From assembly GCA_963827165.1 (NCBI GenBank), contig CAWGZR010000009.1, positions 263,156 to 327,155 of the forward strand: a stretch of 64,000 nucleotides of DNA. Direction: 5' to 3'. Source of the DNA: Candidatus Bathyarchaeota archaeon (GTDB lineage: Archaea; Thermoproteota; Bathyarchaeia; Bathyarchaeales; Bathycorpusculaceae). The notes under the pieces were generated by a model, which saw nothing but the letters and a program-made list of their open reading frames with translations, was not told where the DNA came from and did not search any database. This document shows, in pieces, positions 30,098 through 39,914 of the stretch; position 1 is the first letter of the stretch; every line of letters begins with the position of its first letter. The translations under genes were made by a program, and so were the position numbers.

Positions 30098-31186
30098 ATG
30101 GAGAAGAAACCTAGCTCTCACCTGTCAGGGTTAAGCAAGTTTCTCACAGTATGGATATTCTTAGCAATGGCATTTGGAGTCGCAATAGGCTACATATACC
30201 CAAAGGTTTCCAGTGCCATTGGTTCACTAAGCATAGGTACAACCTCAATTCCCATCGCTGTAGGCTTAATTTTAATGATGTATCCGCCTCTTGCAAGGGT
30301 ACGCTACGAAGATCTTAAGAAAGTGGTAACTGCAAAAGGCTCAAAAACTATGCTAACTGAGTCACTTACTCTGAATTGGGTAATTGGGCCTTTGCTGATG
30401 TTTGTTTTGGCGTGGGTGTTTCTGGGAGCTTATCCTGACTTGAGAAATGGTATAATACTCATCGGCATAGCTCGATGCATAGCAATGGTTATTGTGTGGA
30501 ATAACCTGGCGGAAGGCGACAACGAATGGACAGCCATTCTAGTAGCAATCAACTCTATTTTCCAGATCGTGATGTACTCAGTTCTCGCTTACTTTTACAT
30601 AACCATAGCCAGCGGCTGGATTTCAGGCTCGGGACAAATCGTAAACATTTCATTAATCCAAGTCGCGCAATCAGTCGCGATTTATTTAGGCATACCTTTC
30701 TTTGCCGGAATCATAACGCGATACTATTTCTTAAGAACCAAAAGAAAAGAATGGTATGAACACAAACTAATGCATAGACTAAGCCACATATCCTTAATCG
30801 CACTATTATTCACAATAGTTGTGATGTTTTCGCTTAAAGGTCAATACATCATAAGCTTGCCTTTAGATGTGGTCAGAGTCGCCATACCATTGTTGGTATA
30901 CTTTGTTGTAATGTTTTCTGTCGCTTTTGCAGTTGGATACTATTCAAAGCTTGGCTACAAAAGAACAACATCACTCTCCTTTACGGCGGCCAGCAACAAC
31001 TTTGAATTGGCTATAGCTGTTGCTGTTGCCGTGTTCGGTTTAGCATCGCAAGAAGCATTTGCAGCAGTAATAGGGCCCTTGATCGAAGTGCCGGTTATGA
31101 TAAGCTTAGTTAACGTTGCATTCTGGTTAAGAAAGAAATATTACAAAGACGAAGACTCCATTAACAAGAAGCTTAAGGTGTGTTAA
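30098..31186 (+). CDS. acr3: Acr3 arsenite efflux transporter
   Basis: GLILMMYPPLA, NWVIGPLLMF, GIARCIAMV, SNNFELAIAVA and GPLIEVPV. Confidence 0.95.
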   Translation: MEKKPSSHLSGLSKFLTVWIFLAMAFGVAIGYIYPKVSSAIGSLSIGTTSIPIAVGLILMMYPPLARVRYEDLKKVVTAKGSKTMLTESLTLNWVIGPLLMFVLAWVFLGAYPDLRNGIILIGIARCIAMVIVWNNLAEGDNEWTAILVAINSIFQIVMYSVLAYFYITIASGWISGSGQIVNISLIQVAQSVAIYLGIPFFAGIITRYYFLRTKRKEWYEHKLMHRLSHISLIALLFTIVVMFSLKGQYIISLPLDVVRVAIPLLVYFVVMFSVAFAVGYYSKLGYKRTTSLSFTAASNNFELAIAVAVAVFGLASQEAFAAVIGPLIEVPVMISLVNVAFWLRKKYYKDEDSINKKLKVC

Positions 31187-31187
31187 C

Positions 31188-31628
31188 TTGACTAAAACGA
31201 AAGTAATCTTTTTATGTACACATAACTCAGCGAGAAGTCAGATGGCAGAAGCCTTTCTTAAAAAATATGGCGGAGACTACTTTGACGCATACAGCGGTGG
31301 GTTTGATCCTAAACCTTTGAATCCCTACACCATCAAAGTGATGGAGGAAATCGGGTACGACCTATCTAAACAGCAACCTAAGGACCTTTGGCAATTAGAA
31401 AAGAAAGAACACTTCGGAATCATAATTACCGTCTGCAAAAGAGGCGAAGAAGAAGACTGCCCAACCATAGCAGGTCCTTCAACAAGATTGTACTGGAACA
31501 TTGAAGATCCAGCTGTTTTTGAAGGCACAGAAGAACAAAAACTCGACAAATTCAGATCAGTTAGAAATCAGATAGAAACACTAGTTAAGGGCTTCCTTAA
31601 AGATAGGAATGTACCTATAGCTGAGTAG
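31188..31628 (+). CDS. arsC: Arsenate reductase, LMW-PTP family
   Basis: CTHNSARSQMAE P-loop, TVC...CP, W.IEDP and FR.VR. Confidence 0.9.
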   Translation: MTKTKVIFLCTHNSARSQMAEAFLKKYGGDYFDAYSGGFDPKPLNPYTIKVMEEIGYDLSKQQPKDLWQLEKKEHFGIIITVCKRGEEEDCPTIAGPSTRLYWNIEDPAVFEGTEEQKLDKFRSVRNQIETLVKGFLKDRNVPIAE

Positions 31629-31639
31629 AAGTGATTCTA

Positions 31640-32134
31640 ATGACTAAGACAAAAATTCTCTTCTTATGCACACACAACTCAGCTAGGTCTCAAATGGCCG
31701 AGGGATTACTGAGACACTTTTACGGTGACAAATATGAGGTGTTTAGTGCTGGAACAAATCCCACAAGTGTACACCCATTAGCAATCAAAGCGTTGGCTGA
31801 GATTGGAATAGATATTTCAAAACAGTACTCCAAGAATATTGATGAATTTGGCGATGTTGACATTGACTTAGCGGTGACAGTTTGTCGAAGCAGCGCCAAG
31901 ACAAATTGTGTACTCTGTTCTTCACCGATGGTTATGGGTCGACCAGAATTGGTGAACGCAAAGCTACATAAAACAAAGCATTATCAGCTTCACGGTTTTA
32001 TTGACCCGTCCGACGCAGAAGGTACCGAAGAAGAGAGACTATCGGCCTTCCGTTCTGTAAGAGACCAAATTAAAGAATGGATTATTCAACAGTTTGCAGA
32101 GTTAGACATCGAGAATTTAAAAAGCGATATTTAA
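31640..32134 (+). CDS. arsC: Arsenate reductase, LMW-PTP family (second copy)
   Basis: CTHNSARSQMAE, TVC...CVLC, F.DPS and FRSVRD. Confidence 0.88.
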   Translation: MTKTKILFLCTHNSARSQMAEGLLRHFYGDKYEVFSAGTNPTSVHPLAIKALAEIGIDISKQYSKNIDEFGDVDIDLAVTVCRSSAKTNCVLCSSPMVMGRPELVNAKLHKTKHYQLHGFIDPSDAEGTEEERLSAFRSVRDQIKEWIIQQFAELDIENLKSDI

Positions 32135-32386
32135 TTAGGAGTTTTGGGCTGCAAAAATCTTCCCGATCGAAAACAAAAAGTAGCCGCCAGAACTTTTCGT
32201 TTCTTTGCGGTCCCAAAACTCGCCGAATCACCGAAATCTCAGCATCTATTGCCGTTTGGCTGGAAAGGTTTATTTTGTTGCAACCTTTATTGTTGGGAAC
32301 TTGCTGGCGGATAGTCATTATCCGTTGGGATGTGGTCCCTTGTGGACTGAACCGTAAGCATAAACTACATGAAGGAAAAATAGAAA

Positions 32387-32980
32387 ATGGCATACAAATA
32401 CATCGCTCAGGAATGGGCGGACCGCGAAGACTCCTTTGTTGAAGAACTCAACAGGCAACGCATGGTGCAATGGCGCAAACAGCCAGTAACCCTACGCATC
32501 GAGCACCCGACAAGGCTTGACAAAGCACGAAAACTAGGCTACAAAGCCAAGCAAGGCTTCGTTGTAGCACGTACAAGAGTGCGAAGAGGCGGACTGCGAA
32601 AGTTGCGTCCACGCTCAGGTAGACGACCCAAACGTATGGGTGTCGCCAAATTCAAAGCAGGCAAAAGCATCAGGCTCATAGCTGAAGAACGCACGGCCAA
32701 AAAGTTTCCCAACTTAGAAGTTTTAAATAGTTACTGGGTTGGACAAGATGGAAAACACAAGTGGTTCGAAGTAATCATGCTTGACCCGAGTAGTCCAGTC
32801 ATAAAAGCCGACAAAGACGTCAACTGGATAACGCAAAAGCAGCATGATGGCCGAGTTTTCAGAAGCTTAACAAGCGCAGGCAAAAGCGTCAGAGGCTTAA
32901 GGCATCGCGGCGCAGGCGCAGAGAAAGCACGACCAAGCCACCAGAGAGGAGCAAGGCACAAAGACGTGCAAAGGTGGTAA
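32387..32980 (+). CDS. rpl15e: 50S ribosomal protein L15e
   Basis: [33 protein letters not shown] and [10 protein letters not shown]. Confidence 0.97.
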   Translation: MAYKYIAQEWADREDSFVEELNRQRMVQWRKQPVTLRIEHPTRLDKARKLGYKAKQGFVVARTRVRRGGLRKLRPRSGRRPKRMGVAKFKAGKSIRLIAEERTAKKFPNLEVLNSYWVGQDGKHKWFEVIMLDPSSPVIKADKDVNWITQKQHDGRVFRSLTSAGKSVRGLRHRGAGAEKARPSHQRGARHKDVQRW

Positions 32981-32984
32981 AACG

Positions 32985-33254
32985 ATGCATCACATAAAAG
33001 CAGTCATATCCAAACCGAACGGCAAAAAAAGTACTAGCAGAGGATTCAGCTTAACCGAGCTGAAAACCGCATGCTTGACCAAACAAGACGCCAAAAAAAT
33101 CGGCATACCACTAGACCTCAAACGCAAATCATCACACGACGAAAACGTTCAAACCCTAAAAGCACACGCAACAAAAGCAAAAGCCGAAGCGAAACCCAAA
33201 GAACCCAAACCTGAAGCTGCCGTAGAGAAGCCAAAGAAAAAAGCTAAAAGCTAG
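32985..33254 (+). CDS. rpl13e: 50S ribosomal protein L13e-like
   Basis: RGFSL.EL....L....AKKIGIPLD.KRKS.H.ENV..LK. Confidence 0.85.
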   Translation: MHHIKAVISKPNGKKSTSRGFSLTELKTACLTKQDAKKIGIPLDLKRKSSHDENVQTLKAHATKAKAEAKPKEPKPEAAVEKPKKKAKS

Positions 33255-33280
33255 AAGACTAAAACAACAATCGGTGTCCA

Positions 33281-33727
33281 ATGTCTTCTAAACCGCCAAT
33301 AGCCTATATGGATATTCGAGTATTTGCCCACGCGACGGAGGACCCTCAGAAAGTCCAATGCGCCATCAAGAACCTGATGCCAGACGAGCTGGCTCAAATC
33401 ATCCTTTTTGAAACAACCAATTTAACGGGGCACCATGGAAACTCCATCACCCTTTTCACCACAAAATTAGAAGATAAGAAGCTACTTCCGAAGATGCTTG
33501 AAAAAATCGGTACCGGCTTAAGCTCTCTCGACAAGGAACAATTATGCACTAACCTCAAACTGCATTTGGAAAAGGGCAACCTGTACCTGCGGTTCGACAA
33601 GCAATCTGCGTTTATGGGAGCATTCAAGTTTACTCAGAACGACCCAATCCATGTTAAAATTCACTTCAAAAACAAAACTTCCGAACAAATAGCGGAGTTA
33701 TGCAAGTCCTCAGGGTTGCTGCCATGA
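33281..33727 (+). CDS. DUF54 RNA-binding protein (exosome superoperon)
   Basis: HATED..KV, GHHGN.I and LYLRFDKQ.A. Confidence 0.88.
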   Translation: MSSKPPIAYMDIRVFAHATEDPQKVQCAIKNLMPDELAQIILFETTNLTGHHGNSITLFTTKLEDKKLLPKMLEKIGTGLSSLDKEQLCTNLKLHLEKGNLYLRFDKQSAFMGAFKFTQNDPIHVKIHFKNKTSEQIAELCKSSGLLP

Positions 33728-34455
33728 CCCGCCCCTTTGCCGATCTGCATCTACGCATCAACATAAAAGATCCGCATGGAACGCAACGGATAATCAGCAA
33801 AGCCACACGTCTCGGGTATAACCAAATAGCCTTCGCGCTAACCTCAAATCCTAGCGTGGACGAACTGGCGAAACTTAAGGTATTGTGCCGCGAAGCAGGG
33901 CTTGATTTTGTTTCCCGCACCGATTTTTATCCACACTCTGAAAATGATTTGACACGTTTTCTGCGAAGGTTCAGGCGTCAATTCGAAGTCATCTGTATCT
34001 CATGCGACAACAAAGAAGTCGCCAGACAAGCAGCCAAGGACAGGCGCGTTGACCTACTAAACTTTGCCAGCCTCGACTATCATAAACGTTTTTTTGACCG
34101 CGCTGAAGCCGAGTTGGCAAGCGGAAGCTTAGCCGCCCTGGAAATTGATGTTAAGCCCCTTCTGGTTTTGGAGGGTCCGCCTCGGGTTCGGCTGCTTATG
34201 AGTCTGCGACGGGAAGTCGCGGTTGCCAAGGAATTCCATATTCCAATAATTGTTTCCAGCGGCGTATCTGAGGCGAGACTTATGAGGATGCCAAAAGACA
34301 TGGCTAGCTTGGCATTTCTCTTCGGGTTAGATGAAGCATCAGCCCTGGATGCTGTTTCAACCAATCCAGCTGCGATCGTGAAGCGCAACCGTGAGAAGCT
34401 CAGCAGCCGTTTTGTTGCCCCAGGCATAACGATTGTTAAGGAGGGTAAGGTTTGA
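33724..34455 (+). CDS. rnp3: RNase P protein subunit Rpp30
   Basis: PHP-like barrel, AAKDRRVDLL, ALEI, SSG....MR.P.D; gene context. Confidence 0.88.
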   Translation: MTRPFADLHLRINIKDPHGTQRIISKATRLGYNQIAFALTSNPSVDELAKLKVLCREAGLDFVSRTDFYPHSENDLTRFLRRFRRQFEVICISCDNKEVARQAAKDRRVDLLNFASLDYHKRFFDRAEAELASGSLAALEIDVKPLLVLEGPPRVRLLMSLRREVAVAKEFHIPIIVSSGVSEARLMRMPKDMASLAFLFGLDEASALDAVSTNPAAIVKRNREKLSSRFVAPGITIVKEGKV

Positions 34456-34766
34456 AACGGGTTAAACGGCGCTACTTAGCCTTACAACTGGAATGCGAAG
34501 TGTTGCCGTCTGAACGCGAATTCATCGATGAGGTCTGGGCATCTATAACACGGCTTTACGGTGAAGTTGGGGCAAGCCAAACAGGTTTGGCTCTTATTGA
34601 CTTCGACGTTGAGCGGGGTGTAGCGGTGATTCGTGTTTCACTTGCGTCTCTGAATATGGCTAGGGCGGCGGTTGCTTCGATTACTAGTCTTGTTAGGAAG
34701 GAAGGGTCTGTGCAAGTTTTGTCGGTTTCAGGCACCATCAAAGCGCTTTTTTCGAGTGCAAAATAG
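34452..34766 (+). CDS. rnp2: RNase P protein subunit Pop5/Rpp14
   Basis: KRRYL, LYGEVG and VSGTIKAL. Confidence 0.9.
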   Translation: MKRVKRRYLALQLECEVLPSEREFIDEVWASITRLYGEVGASQTGLALIDFDVERGVAVIRVSLASLNMARAAVASITSLVRKEGSVQVLSVSGTIKALFSSAK

Positions 34767-34954
34767 TTTTTTTCTTTGTTTTTGTGTAAAGTTTTGATTT
34801 ACTTAAGACAAGGCAACTTGATTATATGTATCGTATTTCCATGAACAAATGTGCGATATAGGTGCAGAAATATTTATCAATAGCATGCAAACATATTTTT
34901 ATCGTTACACAACTCTTGTGGGAGAAGCGTAAACATTACAAAGTAGTGAAAAAC

Positions 34955-36177
34955 ATGGACTTACAAGACTATTATTTCAAAATGCCCCTAAAAACGGAGC
35001 CCATAATAGATGACACCACGCTCCGAGATGGAATCCAAATGCCTGGCTTAGCAGCGGGACCAAAAGATTCCGCAAAAATCGCTCAGTTCCTCGCCGACAT
35101 AGGCGTCGAACGTATCGAAGTCTTCCACTACCAGGAACCCGACAAAAAAGCAGCCAAACTCATCCAAGACCTAAACCTGGACCTACGAGTCGCCGGCTGG
35201 TGCAGAGCACTAAAAGAAGACATCGACAGCGCAGTGGCATGTGGATTCAAAGAAGTAGGCATCTCCCACCCCGTTTCAGACATCCATTTCAGAGCCAAAT
35301 GGCCTGAAAAAACCAGAGAACAAATCTTAGCCAACATTGTGACCGTTGTTGAGTACGCGGCTAAAACCTGTGGGCTACGCACTTTCGTTCACGGCGAAGA
35401 CAGCACACGAGCAGACTGGGAATTCGAGAAGAAATTGATCAACGCTGTCGCCGATGCAGGAGCCGAATGTTACAGAATATGCGATACAGTTGGCATAGGA
35501 CTTTCAGATCTCACGGCGCCCCTGCCGAACGGTATTCCGGCAAAAGTAATTGCAATCAAGAAGGAAACCAGAATGGGCGCCATAGAAATCCACGCGCACG
35601 ACGATTTCGGAAACGCCGTTGAAAACACTATGGCTGCAGTCAAAGCGGCTTCAGGTGTATGGGACAAAGTGTATGTCAGCACGACATATTTGGGCATAGG
35701 CGAGCGAGCAGGGAACGCTGAAACCGAAAAAGTTCTCCTTAATTATATTTGCACCACGGCGTCAGGAAATTTGAGGGCAAAACCCAGAAACTTAAAGCAA
35801 CGGCTGACTTCATTGGTAAAGCAACAGGATATGTGGTTCCGCCAAACAAAGCAATTGTAGGAGACTATGGGTTCGCTCATGAATCAGGCATTCACACCCA
35901 CGGCGTTCTCAATGACCCTTGGACTTACGAGCCCTACCCGCCTGAACTTGTTGGCAATAAACGACGCCTAACTATTGGAAAACAGTCAGGAAAAGGTATA
36001 ATCAAACACAAAATAACCGAACTTGCAGGAAACGAACCCGACGACCAGACAGTAGCCACCGTAGTTGAACGCGTTAAAGACATCTACGCCAACGGAAGAC
36101 GCGCATCGCTGAAAGAAGAAGAATTCAAGAAAGTCCTCCGCATTCTAAAAATCCTACCAGAAAACAACGGCCATTAG
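34955..36177 (+). CDS. DRE-TIM synthase (homocitrate/Re-citrate synthase-like) with a single-base frameshift near 35743
   Basis: DTTLRDG.Q, HAHDDFG and GIGERAGNA, then continues in another frame with HESGIH and IGKQSG. Adding one T to aattatatttg restores NLYLHHG. Confidence 0.85.
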
Positions 36178-36249
36178 ATAATGCCGTTTTCTTTTGATTT
36201 TTCTTTACAATTAAAAATTTTTTAAAGTTGGCAAAATAAAGGAAAAGGT

Positions 36250-37215
36250 TTAGGCTGGCTCGCATTTTTGCGTTAGCCGTTGCCAGTTTTCATCGGTCAG
36301 TTTTTGCATTTCGTCGAGAAGGTTTTGGTTTTGTGGTGTGAAGAGGTGTCTGAATCTGCCTTGTCCCGCAAGGTAGTCTTTGACGGGCTTTTTCTTTTGC
36401 GGTGCGAGTTGAATCAGTTTGCTGGGTGTTGAGAGTTGTCTTTTGCCGTTTACTGCTTCCCAAACTGGGAATACGCAGGTTTCAACAGAGAGTTTTGAGT
36501 ACTCCATTGTTTTAGCTGGTTCGGTGCGCCAGCCTCTCGGGCACGGTGCGAACACATGTAGGAATGCTGGTCCTTCAACTTCGAGTCCTTTGCGAACTTT
36601 GGTCAGCATGTCTTTCCAGTAGTAAGTTGTTGCTGTGGCTACATATGGCATGTCATGTGCAAGCATGATTTCGGTTATTGGTTTTTTCTTTTCGATTTTG
36701 CCTGGGATTACTTTGCCAGCTGGGGTGGTTGTTGTTGCTGCCCCCGGCGGTGTGCTGCTGCTTCGCTGGATCCCTGTGTTCATGTAGCCTTCGTTGTCAT
36801 AGAGGATAAAGAGAAAGTCGTGCCCACGTTCAACAGCACCTGAAAGAGCTTGCAACCCGATGTCGTATGTTCCGCCGTCACCCGCAATAGCAATAATGTC
36901 TATGTGTTCATCTTTGATTTTGCCTTTCTTGCGCATTATCTTGAGTGCCGCATCGATACCTGAAGCATTCGCCGCGGCGTTTTCGAAAGCCGTGTGCAGC
37001 CAAGGCAGCGCCCAAGATGTGTAGGGGTAGATTGAACCAACGATTTCCATGCATCCAGTTGCTTGAGTCACAATTGTGGGTCCTCGCGTCGCCTTCATAA
37101 TCAGACGCAGAGTTGATGCTGGTCCACAACCTGCGCACGCTCGGTGCCCAGAAAGGAACAGGTCTGGTTTAGTTGCAATATCTTTCGCGGTGAATTTCCA
37201 TTCTTGGGCAGTCAT
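36250..37215 (-). CDS. porB: Pyruvate/2-oxoacid:ferredoxin oxidoreductase beta subunit
   Basis: GHRACAGCG, TGCME, GDGG...DIG...DNEGYMNTG.QRS and CPRGW; its own GGAGG RBS before ATG 37215. Confidence 0.92.
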   Translation of the reverse strand: MTAQEWKFTAKDIATKPDLFLSGHRACAGCGPASTLRLIMKATRGPTIVTQATGCMEIVGSIYPYTSWALPWLHTAFENAAANASGIDAALKIMRKKGKIKDEHIDIIAIAGDGGTYDIGLQALSGAVERGHDFLFILYDNEGYMNTGIQRSSSTPPGAATTTTPAGKVIPGKIEKKKPITEIMLAHDMPYVATATTYYWKDMLTKVRKGLEVEGPAFLHVFAPCPRGWRTEPAKTMEYSKLSVETCVFPVWEAVNGKRQLSTPSKLIQLAPQKKKPVKDYLAGQGRFRHLFTPQNQNLLDEMQKLTDENWQRLTQKCEPA

Positions 37216-37229
37216 TTTTTTTCCTCCAA

Positions 37230-38463
37230 TTACTCCCTCAATCCCAGGAAAATGCACGGTGGTTTCCACGGTTCCTGTCTTGTTAATCTGCAGTAGGTCA
37301 TCGTAAATTTTTCGGAGTTCACGGGGGGTTGCGTCTCGTCCGCCTAACCCGAAAATATAGTTAACTATGGTTGGATGCTCTTGGGCATCATAGAGTGCGT
37401 TTCGAACTTCGTTGAATACTGCGCCGCCGAAGCCTCCGAAACTCATGGCTTTATCCATAACAGCCACTGTTTTGACGTTTTTAAGGGTGCTTCGAAGTTG
37501 TTCGACTGGGAACGGCCTGAAAGTGCGCAGACGAAGGACACCAGCTTTGATACCTTCTTGCCGCATTTGATCAACTATGAATTTGAGTGTTCCCGCTGTT
37601 GACCCGACCACGACAATCGCGACTTCGGCGTCGTCAAGCTTGTACTTATCCACGAGCCCATCGCCGTAGCTTCGGCCTGTCAACTTGGCGTATTCAGAAT
37701 TAACTTCCTGTATCCTCTTCAGCGCATTCCTCATGCCTTCTTCCTGCTGACGCTTAAACTCGAAATAATAGTTCTGCAAAGCATTAGGTCCCATCGTCAT
37801 CGGATTTTCTGGATCAAGTTTATAGGGCACAGTTTTACCCTCATGAGTAAGCACCATGGGCAATTGGCGTTCTCCAACGAACTGGTCCACTGCGTCGTCT
37901 TCGAGGATAGTCACATTTTCTAGCGTATGACTAATCGTAAAGCCATCTAAACCCACAATCACCGGCAACGAAACCCCGATGTCTTCTGCAATCTTGAATG
38001 CTTGAATTATAGTGTCGTAGGCTTCCTGAGCGTTTTCTACGTAAATGTGAATCCATCCGCTATCGCGTTCAGCCATGCTATCTGATTGGTCCCCGTGAAT
38101 GTTAAGCGGCGCGGATAAGGCGCGGTTAGCAACCGCCATTACAACTGGCGCCCGAAAACCTGAAGTGACGAAAAGCATTTCATGCATCAAAGCCAAACCT
38201 GCTGAAGCGCTAGCCGTGAATGTTCTTGCGCCCGTTGCTGCGGCGGCGAGGCACGCGGTCATGGCGCTGTGTTCCGACTCAGTACAGACAAATTCGGTTT
38301 GGACTTCGCCGTTTGCCACGTACTCGCTGAATTTTTCAACTATTATTGTTTGGGGCGTAATGGGGTAGGCGGCGACAACGTCAACGTCGCATTGTTTGGC
38401 TGCTAAGGCGATTGCTTCGTCGCCGTTCAACGGGATAGTTTCCTGTTTGGGGTGTTCCTTCAT
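37230..38463 (-). CDS. porA: Pyruvate/2-oxoacid:ferredoxin oxidoreductase alpha subunit
   Basis: AYPITPQT, ESEHSA, NRALSAP, FRPFP and GLGGRD. Removing one base in the A4 run at 37249-37252 gives the C-terminus HFLGLRE* (TAA 37230-37232). Confidence 0.9.
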
Positions 38464-38771
38464 TTTCCTTTTCCCTCTTGTTCTGTTTGTGGTAACTTCA
38501 TCGTTATTGCTTTAGTGGGGCATTCGTTGGCACATATTCCGCAGCCTTTGCAGAAGCTCATGTCAAACCAAATGTCGCCTTTTTCTGGAGCCCATTTGAT
38601 TGCTCCTTCTGGGCAAAACATGACGCATGTTAAGCATTTGGTACATTTTTCTAAGTCCCTTACTGGATAGTAAGTTTTCCAGTCGCCCGTGAAAAAGCCG
38701 AGGCTTGATTTCGAGCATATGCCGGCGATTGAGACTTCTCGCCAGCTTTTCTCTTTCTCTTTGCTGCTCAT
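38460..38771 (-). CDS. porD: 2-oxoacid:ferredoxin oxidoreductase delta subunit (2x[4Fe-4S])
   Basis: TGDWK, CTKCLTC...CP and CKGCGICANECP. Confidence 0.92.
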   Translation of the reverse strand: MSSKEKEKSWREVSIAGICSKSSLGFFTGDWKTYYPVRDLEKCTKCLTCVMFCPEGAIKWAPEKGDIWFDMSFCKGCGICANECPTKAITMKLPQTEQEGKGK

Positions 38772-39322
38772 TCGCTTTTTGCCCCCTTGTAAGCTTCGTT
38801 AACTACTGCAAAGTTTTTCTCTGCCAAATCTGCCCTGAAACGACCCTTCAACGTCTTCGCAATGCCGTCCATTGTGACGATTTCGGTTGCTTTGGCAACG
38901 CAGCCGAGAAGCGCCGTGTTGGTTATCGGCGCACCTAGGATTCGCAGGGCAATTTCGGTGGCTGGCACTGTCCAAACTTTGCCATGAGCGACTTTTAGTT
39001 TTTCTTTCAGGACGCCAGGTTCCTCGGCGGAGTTGATGATTAGCACGTCGTCATCGCTGTTTAAGCCGGCTGTCACTGGAACTGACTTTAGCAGGGTGTT
39101 ATCTAATACGACAACAACGTCTGGCTCATAAATTGCGCAGTGTAGCCTTATCGGTTCTAAACTTATTCGTGTGAAGGCCGTGACTGGGGCACCCATTCGT
39201 TCAGGCCCAAATTCAGGGAACGACTGAATGTATTTACCTTCGTCAAGTGCTGTTCTCGCCAAGAGTTCACTGGCTGTCCATGCTCCTTGACCGCCCCGTC
39301 CATGCCATCTAAACTCCATCAT
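38768..39322 (-). CDS. porC: 2-oxoacid:ferredoxin oxidoreductase gamma subunit
   Basis: HGRGGQG, FGPERMGAPV and NT.LLG. Confidence 0.93.
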   Translation of the reverse strand: MMEFRWHGRGGQGAWTASELLARTALDEGKYIQSFPEFGPERMGAPVTAFTRISLEPIRLHCAIYEPDVVVVLDNTLLKSVPVTAGLNSDDDVLIINSAEEPGVLKEKLKVAHGKVWTVPATEIALRILGAPITNTALLGCVAKATEIVTMDGIAKTLKGRFRADLAEKNFAVVNEAYKGAKSE

Positions 39323-39914
39323 AGTTTTCAGATAATCCTCTCCCCATTATTGGTTCTATAATGTGACTCTATAAAATAAATAAATACCTTCATATAGATT
39401 TTCCTAGATAAAAGGGTTAAAACCCGTGTTTTATGTAAAAAATCGGTTTTTATAAGTTGACAAAGGTACTCTATTGAGTGCATTTAGTAACCGTATTATG
39501 GACCACAAACAGGTTTTTTATTCCGAGTCTCAGAATTTCACTCTTTTCAGAAAATCGGCTGTTTTGCCTTATGATTTTGGTTGGAAATAGTTGTGAGCGC
39601 TATGAAAATAGATGTGCAAAATGACAAAAATCGCAAATCACCGGTGGACACAGAGAGACGGATGGGGGTCCTCCCTTGCAAAAAATTTGAGGATCTAGAT
39701 CAAAAATACAAAGAGTTGTTAAAGAATAACCCTTAGAATGTGAAACGGTTTCACGGTTTTGAAAAATGATTTAGTTCGATTGCCTGTTTCGGTTTCCTGT
39801 TTTTTAGGCGATAAGCAATACTTGCATAAGGAGTTAGCAATAAAGTTATATCCTCGCATTTTGCTCTACAATTAGCACCTTTAGGGATTTCAAGTCAAGG
39901 ATGGTGAAGGGGCA

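Noticed and set aside
34862-36177. Split synthase as a pseudogene or programmed frameshift
   Set aside because: One missing T restores a full enzyme with intact motifs, and no slippery heptamer or stimulator is visible. Probably a sequencing indel.
36250-38463. Apparent 737-aa PorA-PorB fusion
   Set aside because: Removing one base in the A4 run at 37249-37252 gives a normal PorA end (FLGLRE*) followed by a GGAGG RBS and the PorB ATG. Most likely a homopolymer error.
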